A stretch of DNA of 10,752 nt from assembly GCA_041576165.1 (NCBI GenBank), contig JBFGLM010000094.1:1-10752 (forward strand), read 5' to 3'. Positions 1 through 6,807 of the stretch are shown piece by piece (within the stretch, counting starts at the first letter, position 1; the number at the start of each line of letters is the position of its first letter). Both the position numbers and the translations under genes were made by a program. Source of the DNA: Acidimicrobiia bacterium (GTDB lineage: Bacteria > Actinomycetota > Acidimicrobiia > Spongiisociales > Spongiisociaceae). Below the pieces are notes generated by a model. That model made no database searches, was not told the DNA's origin, and was given only the letters and a program-made list of their open reading frames with translations.

Positions 1-147
1 CGGCAATTTCCCACCCTCCTGGGGACATCTCCACCTCGGAGCGTCCGCGCAGGCGGCCGCCGCTGCGACTTGGCTGGCCGCGACGAATCGAATCCGGCGT
101 CGGGCCGTCCCAGCGGAAGTCGCCAGATCGAGGAAGCCGCCCAGGGC

Positions 148-183
148 TTGACACTCCTTTGACCTTTTTGACCGGGCTTTAAC
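148..183 (+). promoter_or_regulatory. Four TT(G/A)AC direct repeats upstream of the HEXXH gene; candidate transcription-factor binding array
   Basis: TTGAC at 148, 159 and 168 and TTAAC at 179 (spacing 11, 9, 11 bp) in a T-rich patch within GC-rich DNA. Confidence 0.4.
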
Positions 184-227
184 GCGGTCTCAGGAGGGCA
201 TTGAGCGTGTGATCGCACGTTGGAGCC

Positions 228-1052
228 ATGAAAGCTCCAGCCACGATCACCGCCCTATGCATACTCATCGCGGCATCCACCGCACCTCCACAGACCGGCA
301 TGCTCGGTAGTGGGCCCGCCGGCTCGGCGGCCGCCACGAACAGTCCCGATCCTGCCGCCACCGGCGTTGTAGGCGCCGGACTCTTGGGCTGGTCGGCTGA
401 GTCCCTCCACCTGGTCCCGGCCGCCGACCCGCTGCGGCGGCCTATTGCCCAGGCCGGCGACGTCCGTCATCCGGGCGAGGCTGAGGGTACGGTTGCGGCC
501 GGGTACGAGATCTACGGCGCGAGCCGTGAACAGGCAAGAGCCATCGAGGATGCGATCGCACTGTTTGACCGGGCGGACCTGACCCTGCCGGTCATCCGGA
601 TCTACGTCCATCAAACGGACGAACCGTGCCACGGCTACCTCGGACTCTTCGGCGAAGGCGGAGACAAGCACCGGATCGACATTTGCATGTCGCACCCGTT
701 CGTGATCCGGCATGAGCTCGCCCACGCCTGGGAATACCACGGCATCGAAGATTCGAAGCGTCAGGCTTTCTTGGAGCAGGTCGGCATCGAGGAATGGAAT
801 GACCAGGACCAGCCCCGTCAGTTGCGCGCCATTGAGAAGGCCGCTGATCTCATCGCGTGGGGGATCGACAGACAGCCGATCCAAACCATCCACCGCACCG
901 TGTACGCCGAGGACCTCGCCGGCTACGAGTTCCTCACGGGGAGCCCGTCCCCCCGCATCTCTCACTGGAAGGTTGAGCCCGCGCGTGGAAGTGATATGGA
1001 CAGCCGGATCGGCGTCGCGATCGACGTGACACTCAACGCCGCCTGGCGATGA
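228..1052 (+). CDS. Putative secreted zinc-metallopeptidase-like protein (HEXXH plus downstream Glu)
   Basis: 274 aa ORF; N-terminal MK plus hydrophobic stretch (signal-like); Ala/Gly/Pro-rich linker; HELAH motif followed about 40 aa later by EKAAD; GGAG just upstream of ATG. Confidence 0.7.
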   Translation: MKAPATITALCILIAASTAPPQTGMLGSGPAGSAAATNSPDPAATGVVGAGLLGWSAESLHLVPAADPLRRPIAQAGDVRHPGEAEGTVAAGYEIYGASREQARAIEDAIALFDRADLTLPVIRIYVHQTDEPCHGYLGLFGEGGDKHRIDICMSHPFVIRHELAHAWEYHGIEDSKRQAFLEQVGIEEWNDQDQPRQLRAIEKAADLIAWGIDRQPIQTIHRTVYAEDLAGYEFLTGSPSPRISHWKVEPARGSDMDSRIGVAIDVTLNAAWR

Positions 1053-1228
1053 CTATCTCTGAACTCCTGCGGTCGGGGTCCGGTGCACGGTCATGACCCC
1101 GGGGCCAGACGTCGAGCCGTCGTCCGCGATGTGCAGCAAAGCGCGACGCCGAGCCAGGGCTTTTGACCCTGGGCGCTGCTCGGCCCACCGGGCACAGTGT
1201 CTGAGGCGCGCCATCAAGGAGGCAACTC

Positions 1229-1768
1229 GTGTCGGCTACCACCGAGCAAGTGTGGACGGCCCTGGACGATGCAATCTTCGGCGTCCTTGCTTTCGTGAAC
1301 AGTGCGGGCCATCCAAGGACGGCGGGCGTGTGCTACGTCGTCGATGGCCGGTCGCTATTCATCAGCACCGACAAGGCGACCTGGAAGGTACGCCACATCG
1401 CTGCGAATCCCAACGTGTCGATGACGGTCACGCTGCCGAAACGTGTCCCCTTCCTGCCCTTCATCAAGGTGCCGGCGGCCACCATCACCTTCCAAGGCGA
1501 GGCCCAGATTCTGGAGGTCGACGACGTCGACGCATCGGTTTTCGAGCGGCTGCCGCGAGGCACGGAGCGCGATCGTGACGTGGTCGAGGATACGGCGATC
1601 ATCCGGGTGATCCCTCGTGGCGAATTCGTGACCTATGGCATCGCCATGCCGATCACGCAGATGCGCAAACACGAGGCAGCGCATGGGCGGGCGCCGTGCG
1701 GAACCGACCACGAGGCCCTCACCCGAACTTTCGGCGCTCGCGGCCCCTCAGGGCACCCCCGAGCCTAA
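1229..1768 (+). CDS. Pyridoxamine 5'-phosphate oxidase-like split beta-barrel protein (FMN/F420-binding family)
   Basis: Strong RBS AAGGAGG (1216-1222) before GTG; family-typical segments GVLAFVNSAGHPRT and KVRHIAANPNVSMTV. Confidence 0.85.
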   Translation: MSATTEQVWTALDDAIFGVLAFVNSAGHPRTAGVCYVVDGRSLFISTDKATWKVRHIAANPNVSMTVTLPKRVPFLPFIKVPAATITFQGEAQILEVDDVDASVFERLPRGTERDRDVVEDTAIIRVIPRGEFVTYGIAMPITQMRKHEAAHGRAPCGTDHEALTRTFGARGPSGHPRA

Positions 1769-1778
1769 GGCTCGAGTT

Positions 1779-1809
1779 TGGCGGGGCTAGTGGGACTAAG
1801 TTCGAACCC
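1779..1809 (-). repeat. Degenerate copy of a tRNA 3' end (att-like remnant)
   Basis: Minus strand GGGTTCGAA-CTTAG-TCCCACT-AGCCCCGCCA versus the tRNA GGGTTCGAA-TCCCACT-CCCTCCG; ends in GCCA. Confidence 0.45.
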
Positions 1810-1836
1810 GCCTTCGCCGGGCGAACCCTATTGATG

Positions 1837-1857
1837 GCGAGCTTCTTCGAAGCTCGC
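1837..1857 (-). terminator. Perfect 9-bp hairpin at the tRNA 3' end (terminator or processing signal)
   Basis: GCGAGCTTC-GAA-GAAGCTCGC on the minus strand, starting at the discriminator base; no U-tract follows. Confidence 0.4.
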
Positions 1858-1947
1858 GGAGGGAGTGGGATTCGAACCCACGAGGCGGGGTAAACCGCCA
1901 ACACGCTTTCCAGGCGTGCGCACTAGGCCAGACTATGCGATCCCTCC
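1857..1947 (-). tRNA. tRNA-Ser (anticodon GGA), CCA not encoded
   Basis: Acceptor stem GGAGGGA/TCCCTCC with discriminator G; anticodon arm CACGC-CTGGAAA-GCGTG; long variable arm GGCGG/CCGCC; T arm GTGGG-TTCGAAT-CCCAC; 91 nt; followed by CGA rather than CCA. Confidence 0.97.
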
Positions 1948-1958
1948 AGCGGTCAAGC

Positions 1959-1964
1959 ATTGTA
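1959..1964 (-). promoter_or_regulatory. Probable -10 element (TACAAT) for tRNA-Ser
   Basis: TACAAT on the minus strand, ending 11 nt upstream of the mature tRNA 5' end; no convincing -35. Confidence 0.55.
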
Positions 1965-2000
1965 TGGCCGTGGCCGGGGTAGCTCCACCCCAATCCCACC

Positions 2001-2633
2001 TCACTTGCGCATAATCACCCCGTACACGAACCCCAGGGGTCCCATCCGCCACACCCGTTCGAATTTGAGCGGCCGGTCCCGGTACATCTCCTCGGGCGGC
2101 GGCAACGTGTCCAGCGTCTCATGCAGGTACCGATACTCGTCGCCCGCACCGATCGCCCTCCCGGCCAGCGGCAGCACTACCGACGTCCCCGCCCGATGTA
2201 CCGTGGCCGCGGTCGGCCGCCGCGGCCGAGCAAGATCGACGATCCCGGCCGCCCCGCCCGGACGCAGGACGCGAGCGATCTCCTCCAGCGTTCGTTCGAC
2301 CGAATCCAGGTTGCGGAACACATACGCTGAAAACACCGCGTCGAACGCGCCGTCCGCGAACGGCAATCGTTCGCCCATTCCCACGACCCGGTTCTGGATG
2401 GGGCTCAGCGCCAACATTCCCGGGACAGGGTCGAGCGCAACCACCTCCCGCCCAACGAAGATCGGCGCCGCAGTCCCGGTGCCCGAACCGAGGTCGAGCA
2501 GCCGCCCACCGGGCAGATACTCCACTGCACGGCGACGCCAGGCCTGTTCGCGCCCCAGAGACAGCACGGTGTTCAGCAGGTCGTAGCGGCGGGCGATCTT
2601 GGCGAAGATTTCGTCCGACTGACGCCCGCTCAT
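2001..2633 (-). CDS. menG: UbiE/MenG-family class I SAM-dependent methyltransferase (probable demethylmenaquinone methyltransferase)
   Basis: IFAKIARRYDLLNTVLSLGREQAWRR matches the UbiE/MenG N-terminal signature; SAM motif LLDLGSGTG; LPFADGAFD and RVLRPGG. Start reassigned to ATG 2633 (210 aa), which overlaps the serS stop as ATGA. The family is secure; exact menG orthology is less so. Confidence 0.8.
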   Translation of the reverse strand: MSGRQSDEIFAKIARRYDLLNTVLSLGREQAWRRRAVEYLPGGRLLDLGSGTGTAAPIFVGREVVALDPVPGMLALSPIQNRVVGMGERLPFADGAFDAVFSAYVFRNLDSVERTLEEIARVLRPGGAAGIVDLARPRRPTAATVHRAGTSVVLPLAGRAIGAGDEYRYLHETLDTLPPPEEMYRDRPLKFERVWRMGPLGFVYGVIMRK

Positions 2634-3886
2634 GCTCCGATCACGTCGGTCCCGACGTAGTGTTGCAGCGCTTCCGGCACCGCGATCGTGCCGTCGGGCC
2701 GCTGGTGATTCTCCATCAACGCGAGCAAGAATCGCCCAATGGCGACCGCAGTCCCGTTGAGAGTGTGGACCACCTGATTGCCCCGCTCCGACCGGTACCG
2801 GATCTTGAGCCGTCGCGCTTGAAAGTCGGTGGTGTTGGAGCACGAGGTTATCTCACGGAAACGCTCCTGCGACGGGATCCACGCCTCGATGTCGTACTTC
2901 TTGGCTGCCGACGAGCCGAGATCACCAGCCGCCACATTGACGACGCGGTAGGGAATCTCGAGTTGCTGCACGATTCGCTCCTCCATCGAGAACAGAAACT
3001 CGTGCTCATCCCAGGATTTCTCCGGATGGCAGAACGAGAACATCTCAACTTTGTCGAACTGATGAACTCGGAATATGCCGGCCGTGTCCTTCCCGTGGGC
3101 GCCCGCCTCGCGCCGGAAACAAGACGAGAAGCCCGCGTAGCGCAAAGGCAGGACGTCCTCGTCGAGGATCTCGTCCATGTGCAGACCGGCCAGCGCCACT
3201 TCTGAGGTCCCAACCAGGTATAGGTCGTCCTTGGGGATCTCATAGACCTGGTCCGCATCGTCCGGAAAGAACCCTGTCCCGAACAGCGCTTGCTCGCGCA
3301 CCAGCACTGGTGGTACCACCGGCGTGAACCCCTCGGCCACCAGCTGATCGAACGCGAACCGGACAAGCGCGAACTCGACGATCACCGCCGGACCCATCAG
3401 GTACCCGAAACGTGAACCCGACAACCGGGCGGCCCGTTCGGTATCGATCATGCCCAACTTCTCGCCCAACTCTCGATGGTCCAGCGGTTCGGAATCGAAC
3501 TGGGGGATCTCCCCCCACCGCTTGAACTCGACGTTGTCCTCCTCGGTCAGACCGGCGGGTGCCGACTCGTGGGCAAGATTCGGAACCTTGATCCACAATG
3601 CGTTGAACTGCTCGTCGAGGTCGTCGGCTTCGGCGAGCAGGCTCTTGAACTTGTCCGACAGGTCGCCGGCTTGCGCGATCGCCTGCTGACGCTGATCCCC
3701 CTCGAGATTGGCGATCTCCTTGCTGATCCGTTTTTGTTCGGCGCGAACATCCTCAGCTTCGGAGCGGGCTGCCCGCCGGCGGGCGTCAATGTCAACCAAC
3801 GTGTCGACGTCGATGGCGACACCGCGTCGCGCGAGGGCCTCTGCCAGTCGACCGGGGTCGTTCCTGAGTATTGCGATATCGATCAT
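2630..3886 (-). CDS. serS: Serine--tRNA ligase
   Basis: 418 aa; MID start with N-terminal coiled-coil arm; GSRF; YLVGTSEV; motif 2 CFRREAG..GIFRVHQFDKVE; EITSCSNTTDFQARRL; motif 3 HTLNGT. Confidence 0.99.
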   Translation of the reverse strand: MIDIAILRNDPGRLAEALARRGVAIDVDTLVDIDARRRAARSEAEDVRAEQKRISKEIANLEGDQRQQAIAQAGDLSDKFKSLLAEADDLDEQFNALWIKVPNLAHESAPAGLTEEDNVEFKRWGEIPQFDSEPLDHRELGEKLGMIDTERAARLSGSRFGYLMGPAVIVEFALVRFAFDQLVAEGFTPVVPPVLVREQALFGTGFFPDDADQVYEIPKDDLYLVGTSEVALAGLHMDEILDEDVLPLRYAGFSSCFRREAGAHGKDTAGIFRVHQFDKVEMFSFCHPEKSWDEHEFLFSMEERIVQQLEIPYRVVNVAAGDLGSSAAKKYDIEAWIPSQERFREITSCSNTTDFQARRLKIRYRSERGNQVVHTLNGTAVAIGRFLLALMENHQRPDGTIAVPEALQHYVGTDVIGA

Positions 3887-3898
3887 GCCGACGGCATG

Positions 3899-4348
3899 CT
3901 ACCGGTGGAGGGCCTCACCAATTGCCGTACTTTCCTCGGGGGACAGCGGCTCGACTCCCTGGCCACCTCGCACCCCTTTGAGAAAGAAACGACTGTCGTC
4001 GCGGTTGACCAGCACGCTCAGCACGAACCCGTCTCCCTGCTCATCGAGCATCGCCACCGACCGCGACAGCGATCCGACCATGCCTGGATACGCGTCGTAC
4101 ATGACCACCGCCGAACGACGCAGCGAAGTAGGGAGTGCTGTTTCCAGGATCGCGACGCGCTGCTCGATGTCAGCGATCGAGGCTTCGACCATGCCGAGCT
4201 CGTTGTCGACCCGGTGCACCAAACCGACCAGCTGCTCGTCATCCGTCGGGATCTGGGCGAGTTTCCGCCGCAGATCGATGATCTGCACCAGGGCAACGAT
4301 CAGCCCGAGCGCCAGCGCTCCGATGCTTACCCACCCGGCGGGGCTCAT
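3899..4348 (-). CDS. DUF4446 family membrane-anchored protein
   Basis: N-terminal TM helix, coiled coil, then YDAY..MVGSLSRSVAMLDEQGDGFVLS..SRFFLK..LSPEE, the pattern I recognise for DUF4446. Confidence 0.8.
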   Translation of the reverse strand: MSPAGWVSIGALALGLIVALVQIIDLRRKLAQIPTDDEQLVGLVHRVDNELGMVEASIADIEQRVAILETALPTSLRRSAVVMYDAYPGMVGSLSRSVAMLDEQGDGFVLSVLVNRDDSRFFLKGVRGGQGVEPLSPEESTAIGEALHR

Positions 4349-4372
4349 AGCCGTCCCAGCATGTGCGGAAGG

Positions 4373-5413
4373 TTAGGGCGAGTTGATCACCAGGTCGCGC
4401 TCCCATCGGTTGTTGTCGGCCGCAACCTCGGTCTCGCTCAGCGGCACCCGCAGCAGCAGCCCGTATCGCTGGCCGGGAGCGACAGCAATCGGGCCGAATT
4501 CGATCGATGTGGCCTCCCCCGCAGCAAGGTCCAGCTGCTGGCTCGACTCGGCGGCCACCACCGCTCCGCTCGAGTCGAACATGGCTAGATCGACCACGAC
4601 ACCTTTCTCGGGTTGGTTGCCGACATTCTTCACGGTGGCAAGCATCATGAGATTCTCGGTGACGGGGAAGATCATGGCGCCGTCGGTGGTCTCGCCTCCG
4701 GTATCGCGAGGTTCGAACACCACGGACAGGATCCCGATGTCGCTCTTGACGCCCAGGACCGAGGCGGTCCGGACGAAGTCGGCCACATTGGAGGCGGAAA
4801 CGAGAGTGGGTTCGCCCGCGGCAAAGCTGATTTGGGGAAACTCTCCGACGGCAACGTCGACCGACTCGATTACGTTCTTGGACCTCTCGAGAAATCGGGC
4901 ATAGAACGCATCGCCCAACCGCAGCGTCAGTATGCCTTGCTCCACGGTTTGCACCGGCGTCGACGACGTCGGCTCGTCGGCAGCCGCTAACACCCCGTCC
5001 GCGAAAGTCTTGAGCCCCGTCTCCCAGGATTCGAGCGACAGGCGCAGCAGCTCGTCCGCGATCACGACCGCCTCGGGAACCTCCATCTCCTCCAAGCGTT
5101 CTCGCGCTTCCCGCAGCCCGATCTCGGTTTGACCGAGCAGCGTGTCGAAGTCCGCGCGCTCAACCGTGCTGAAATCCACCCGCATCAGCTTCTCGAAGGA
5201 CTCGGCCATGGCGGCCTGATCGACCAACAATGGCCGGGCCGTGTCGATGTAGGCCACGACCTCGCGCGTCTCGCTCCGCAGGTTCCCGGCCAGCACTGCG
5301 AGCCCCACCACCACCGCAACCGGGATCAGCCACCATGGCAGCCGGCGGCGGCGGGGAGGAGGTCCGAAGATGGTCTTGCTGTCCGCGGCGCACCGTCCGG
5401 GGTTGGGGGCCAA
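4373..5413 (-). CDS. Membrane-anchored protein with helical region and C-terminal CARDB/Ig-like domain (start uncertain)
   Basis: RRRR followed by hydrophobic LPWWLIPVAVVVGLAVLAG signal anchor; C-terminal beta-rich region with ATVKNVGN and ADNN typical of CARDB; TTG start without an RBS. Confidence 0.75.
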   Translation of the reverse strand: MAPNPGRCAADSKTIFGPPPRRRRLPWWLIPVAVVVGLAVLAGNLRSETREVVAYIDTARPLLVDQAAMAESFEKLMRVDFSTVERADFDTLLGQTEIGLREARERLEEMEVPEAVVIADELLRLSLESWETGLKTFADGVLAAADEPTSSTPVQTVEQGILTLRLGDAFYARFLERSKNVIESVDVAVGEFPQISFAAGEPTLVSASNVADFVRTASVLGVKSDIGILSVVFEPRDTGGETTDGAMIFPVTENLMMLATVKNVGNQPEKGVVVDLAMFDSSGAVVAAESSQQLDLAAGEATSIEFGPIAVAPGQRYGLLLRVPLSETEVAADNNRWERDLVINSP

Positions 5414-5476
5414 CCACGGTAGGCGGGAACCTGCCTATATGACACCTCGCCCAATCCGCCGCGAACCGCGCCCGGC

Positions 5477-5482
5477 TAGGTT
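5477..5482 (+). promoter_or_regulatory. Candidate -10 element (TAGGTT) for a leaderless or near-leaderless NuoF-like transcript
   Basis: TANNNT hexamer 8 nt before ATG 5491; no Shine-Dalgarno sequence. Confidence 0.45.
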
Positions 5483-5490
5483 CGGGGCGC

Positions 5491-6780
5491 ATGCAACGAC
5501 TGTTGGCGCCTGAACCGCTGCCCGACCTCACCTCATACCAGGCCGCCGGGGGCGGCGCCGGGCTGAGTCGGGCCCGGGAGATCGGACCCACGGCGGTGAT
5601 CGAGGCCGTCCGGGCCGCCGGCCTGCGCGGCCGGGGCGGCGCCGGTTTTCCGACCGGCATCAAGTGGCACGGTACCGCCCGGGCCGAGGGCCCGAAGGCA
5701 GTCGTCGCCAACGCAGCCGAGGGTGAACCGGGCACGGTGAAGGACCGGACATTGATGACCCACAACCCATACGCCGTCTTGGAAGGGGTCGCCATCGCGG
5801 GACTGGCGATCGGAGCCGACACCGCCTATATCGGCATCAAGGCGAAGTTCACCGATGCGATCTCTCGCCTGGAAGGCGCCGCCGCCGAGATGAGCCAAAT
5901 GCTCGAGGGGCTGGATGTGCGGATCGTCGAGGGACCGGATGACTACCTGTTCGGCGTAGAGACCGCCATGCTCGAAGTGATTGAGGGAAAGGATCCGCTC
6001 CCCCGGCTGGTGCCCCCGTATATCGCCGGGATCACCCGCCCCGACGGCGCAGAAGTCGCCACCATGGTCAACAACGTCGAAACCCTGGCCAATGTCGGCG
6101 GGATCGTGGCGCACGGTTCTGAGTGGTACCGAGAAATCGGCACGGACCAGTCGCCCGGCTCGATGATCTTCACAGTCTCCGGCGACGTGCGCACCCCGGT
6201 GGTGACCGAGCTGCCGTTGGGGACACCGCTCTCCTATCTCATCTATGCAGCCGGCGGTGGACTAGCGGCTGGGCGCCGGGCCAAGCTGGTGGTGTCTGGC
6301 GTGTCGAACCGACCACTGGCAGCCGCCGAGCTCGACACCCCAATGTCCTTCGAGGCGATGGCCGCTATCGGCAGCGGTCTGGGGGCGGGCGGATTCATCG
6401 TCTACGACGACACCACCTGCGCGGTCGAGGTGGGAGCAGCGCTGTCGGGGTTCCTACAAGTCGGATCGTGCGGACAATGCCCGCCCTGCAAGCTGGGGAC
6501 GACCGAGTTCACCGAAGGGTTCGGTCAGCTTCTCGAAGGCAAAGGAACTTTGGAGGACGTCGAAATCCTCATTGCCTGGCTATCACGGGTGACAGACGCC
6601 AACCGGTGTGGTCTGGGGGCCGGCCAGCAGGCTCTGGCTCGGGGCATTCTCGACACTTTCGCGGCGGAAGTTGTGGCCTGTCTGGAGGGTCGCTGTCCCG
6701 GCCATCGCGGCCTCTTGCCACCCAGCCCGACCGACCACGACCCCACCAGCCGGCGCGATGTGATCGTCTTCTCGGGCTGA
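5491..6780 (+). CDS. Stand-alone NuoF-like (complex I 51 kDa family) FMN/[4Fe-4S] oxidoreductase
   Basis: GLRGRGGAGFPTGIKW, NAAEGEPGTVKDR, NNVETL, SLBB-like region, SCGQCPPC...RCGLG (N3-type cluster). No other nuo genes are adjacent, so the nuoF symbol is withheld. Confidence 0.92.
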   Translation: MQRLLAPEPLPDLTSYQAAGGGAGLSRAREIGPTAVIEAVRAAGLRGRGGAGFPTGIKWHGTARAEGPKAVVANAAEGEPGTVKDRTLMTHNPYAVLEGVAIAGLAIGADTAYIGIKAKFTDAISRLEGAAAEMSQMLEGLDVRIVEGPDDYLFGVETAMLEVIEGKDPLPRLVPPYIAGITRPDGAEVATMVNNVETLANVGGIVAHGSEWYREIGTDQSPGSMIFTVSGDVRTPVVTELPLGTPLSYLIYAAGGGLAAGRRAKLVVSGVSNRPLAAAELDTPMSFEAMAAIGSGLGAGGFIVYDDTTCAVEVGAALSGFLQVGSCGQCPPCKLGTTEFTEGFGQLLEGKGTLEDVEILIAWLSRVTDANRCGLGAGQQALARGILDTFAAEVVACLEGRCPGHRGLLPPSPTDHDPTSRRDVIVFSG

Positions 6781-6807
6781 CTACCAGCCGGCTCGACTCA
6801 CTGCGAT

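Noticed and set aside
1-40. Possible start of a minus-strand gene running off the left edge (GAGG..ATG at 28, or AGGAGG..TTG)
   Set aside because: Fewer than 10 codons are visible, so neither start nor product can be supported.
1760-1774. Hairpin CGAGCC-TAA-GGCTCG around the PPOX stop codon
   Set aside because: Short stem, with the stop in the loop and only a weak T-run; not enough to call a terminator.
1976-1991. GGGGT-N6-ACCCC hairpin between the methyltransferase and the tRNA
   Set aside because: A 5-6 bp stem is expected by chance at this GC content.
2634-2843. N-terminal extension of the 280-aa methyltransferase ORF
   Set aside because: It overlaps the conserved serS C-terminus; family similarity begins at the ATGA-coupled Met at 2633.
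3887-4372. T-box riboswitch upstream of serS
   Set aside because: The intergenic gaps are only 12 and 24 bp, leaving no room for one.
3476-4588. 370-aa plus-strand ORF and other long antisense or alternate-frame ORFs (e.g. 255..965, 6123..6953, 6569..7402, 9309..10052)
   Set aside because: Shadow ORFs of well-supported genes, typical of high-GC DNA, with no recognisable motifs.
5420-5437. Imperfect palindrome TAGGCGGG-AA-CCTGCCTA in the divergent CARDB/NuoF spacer
   Set aside because: Could be an operator, but it is a single copy with no regulator nearby and no match to a motif I recognise.
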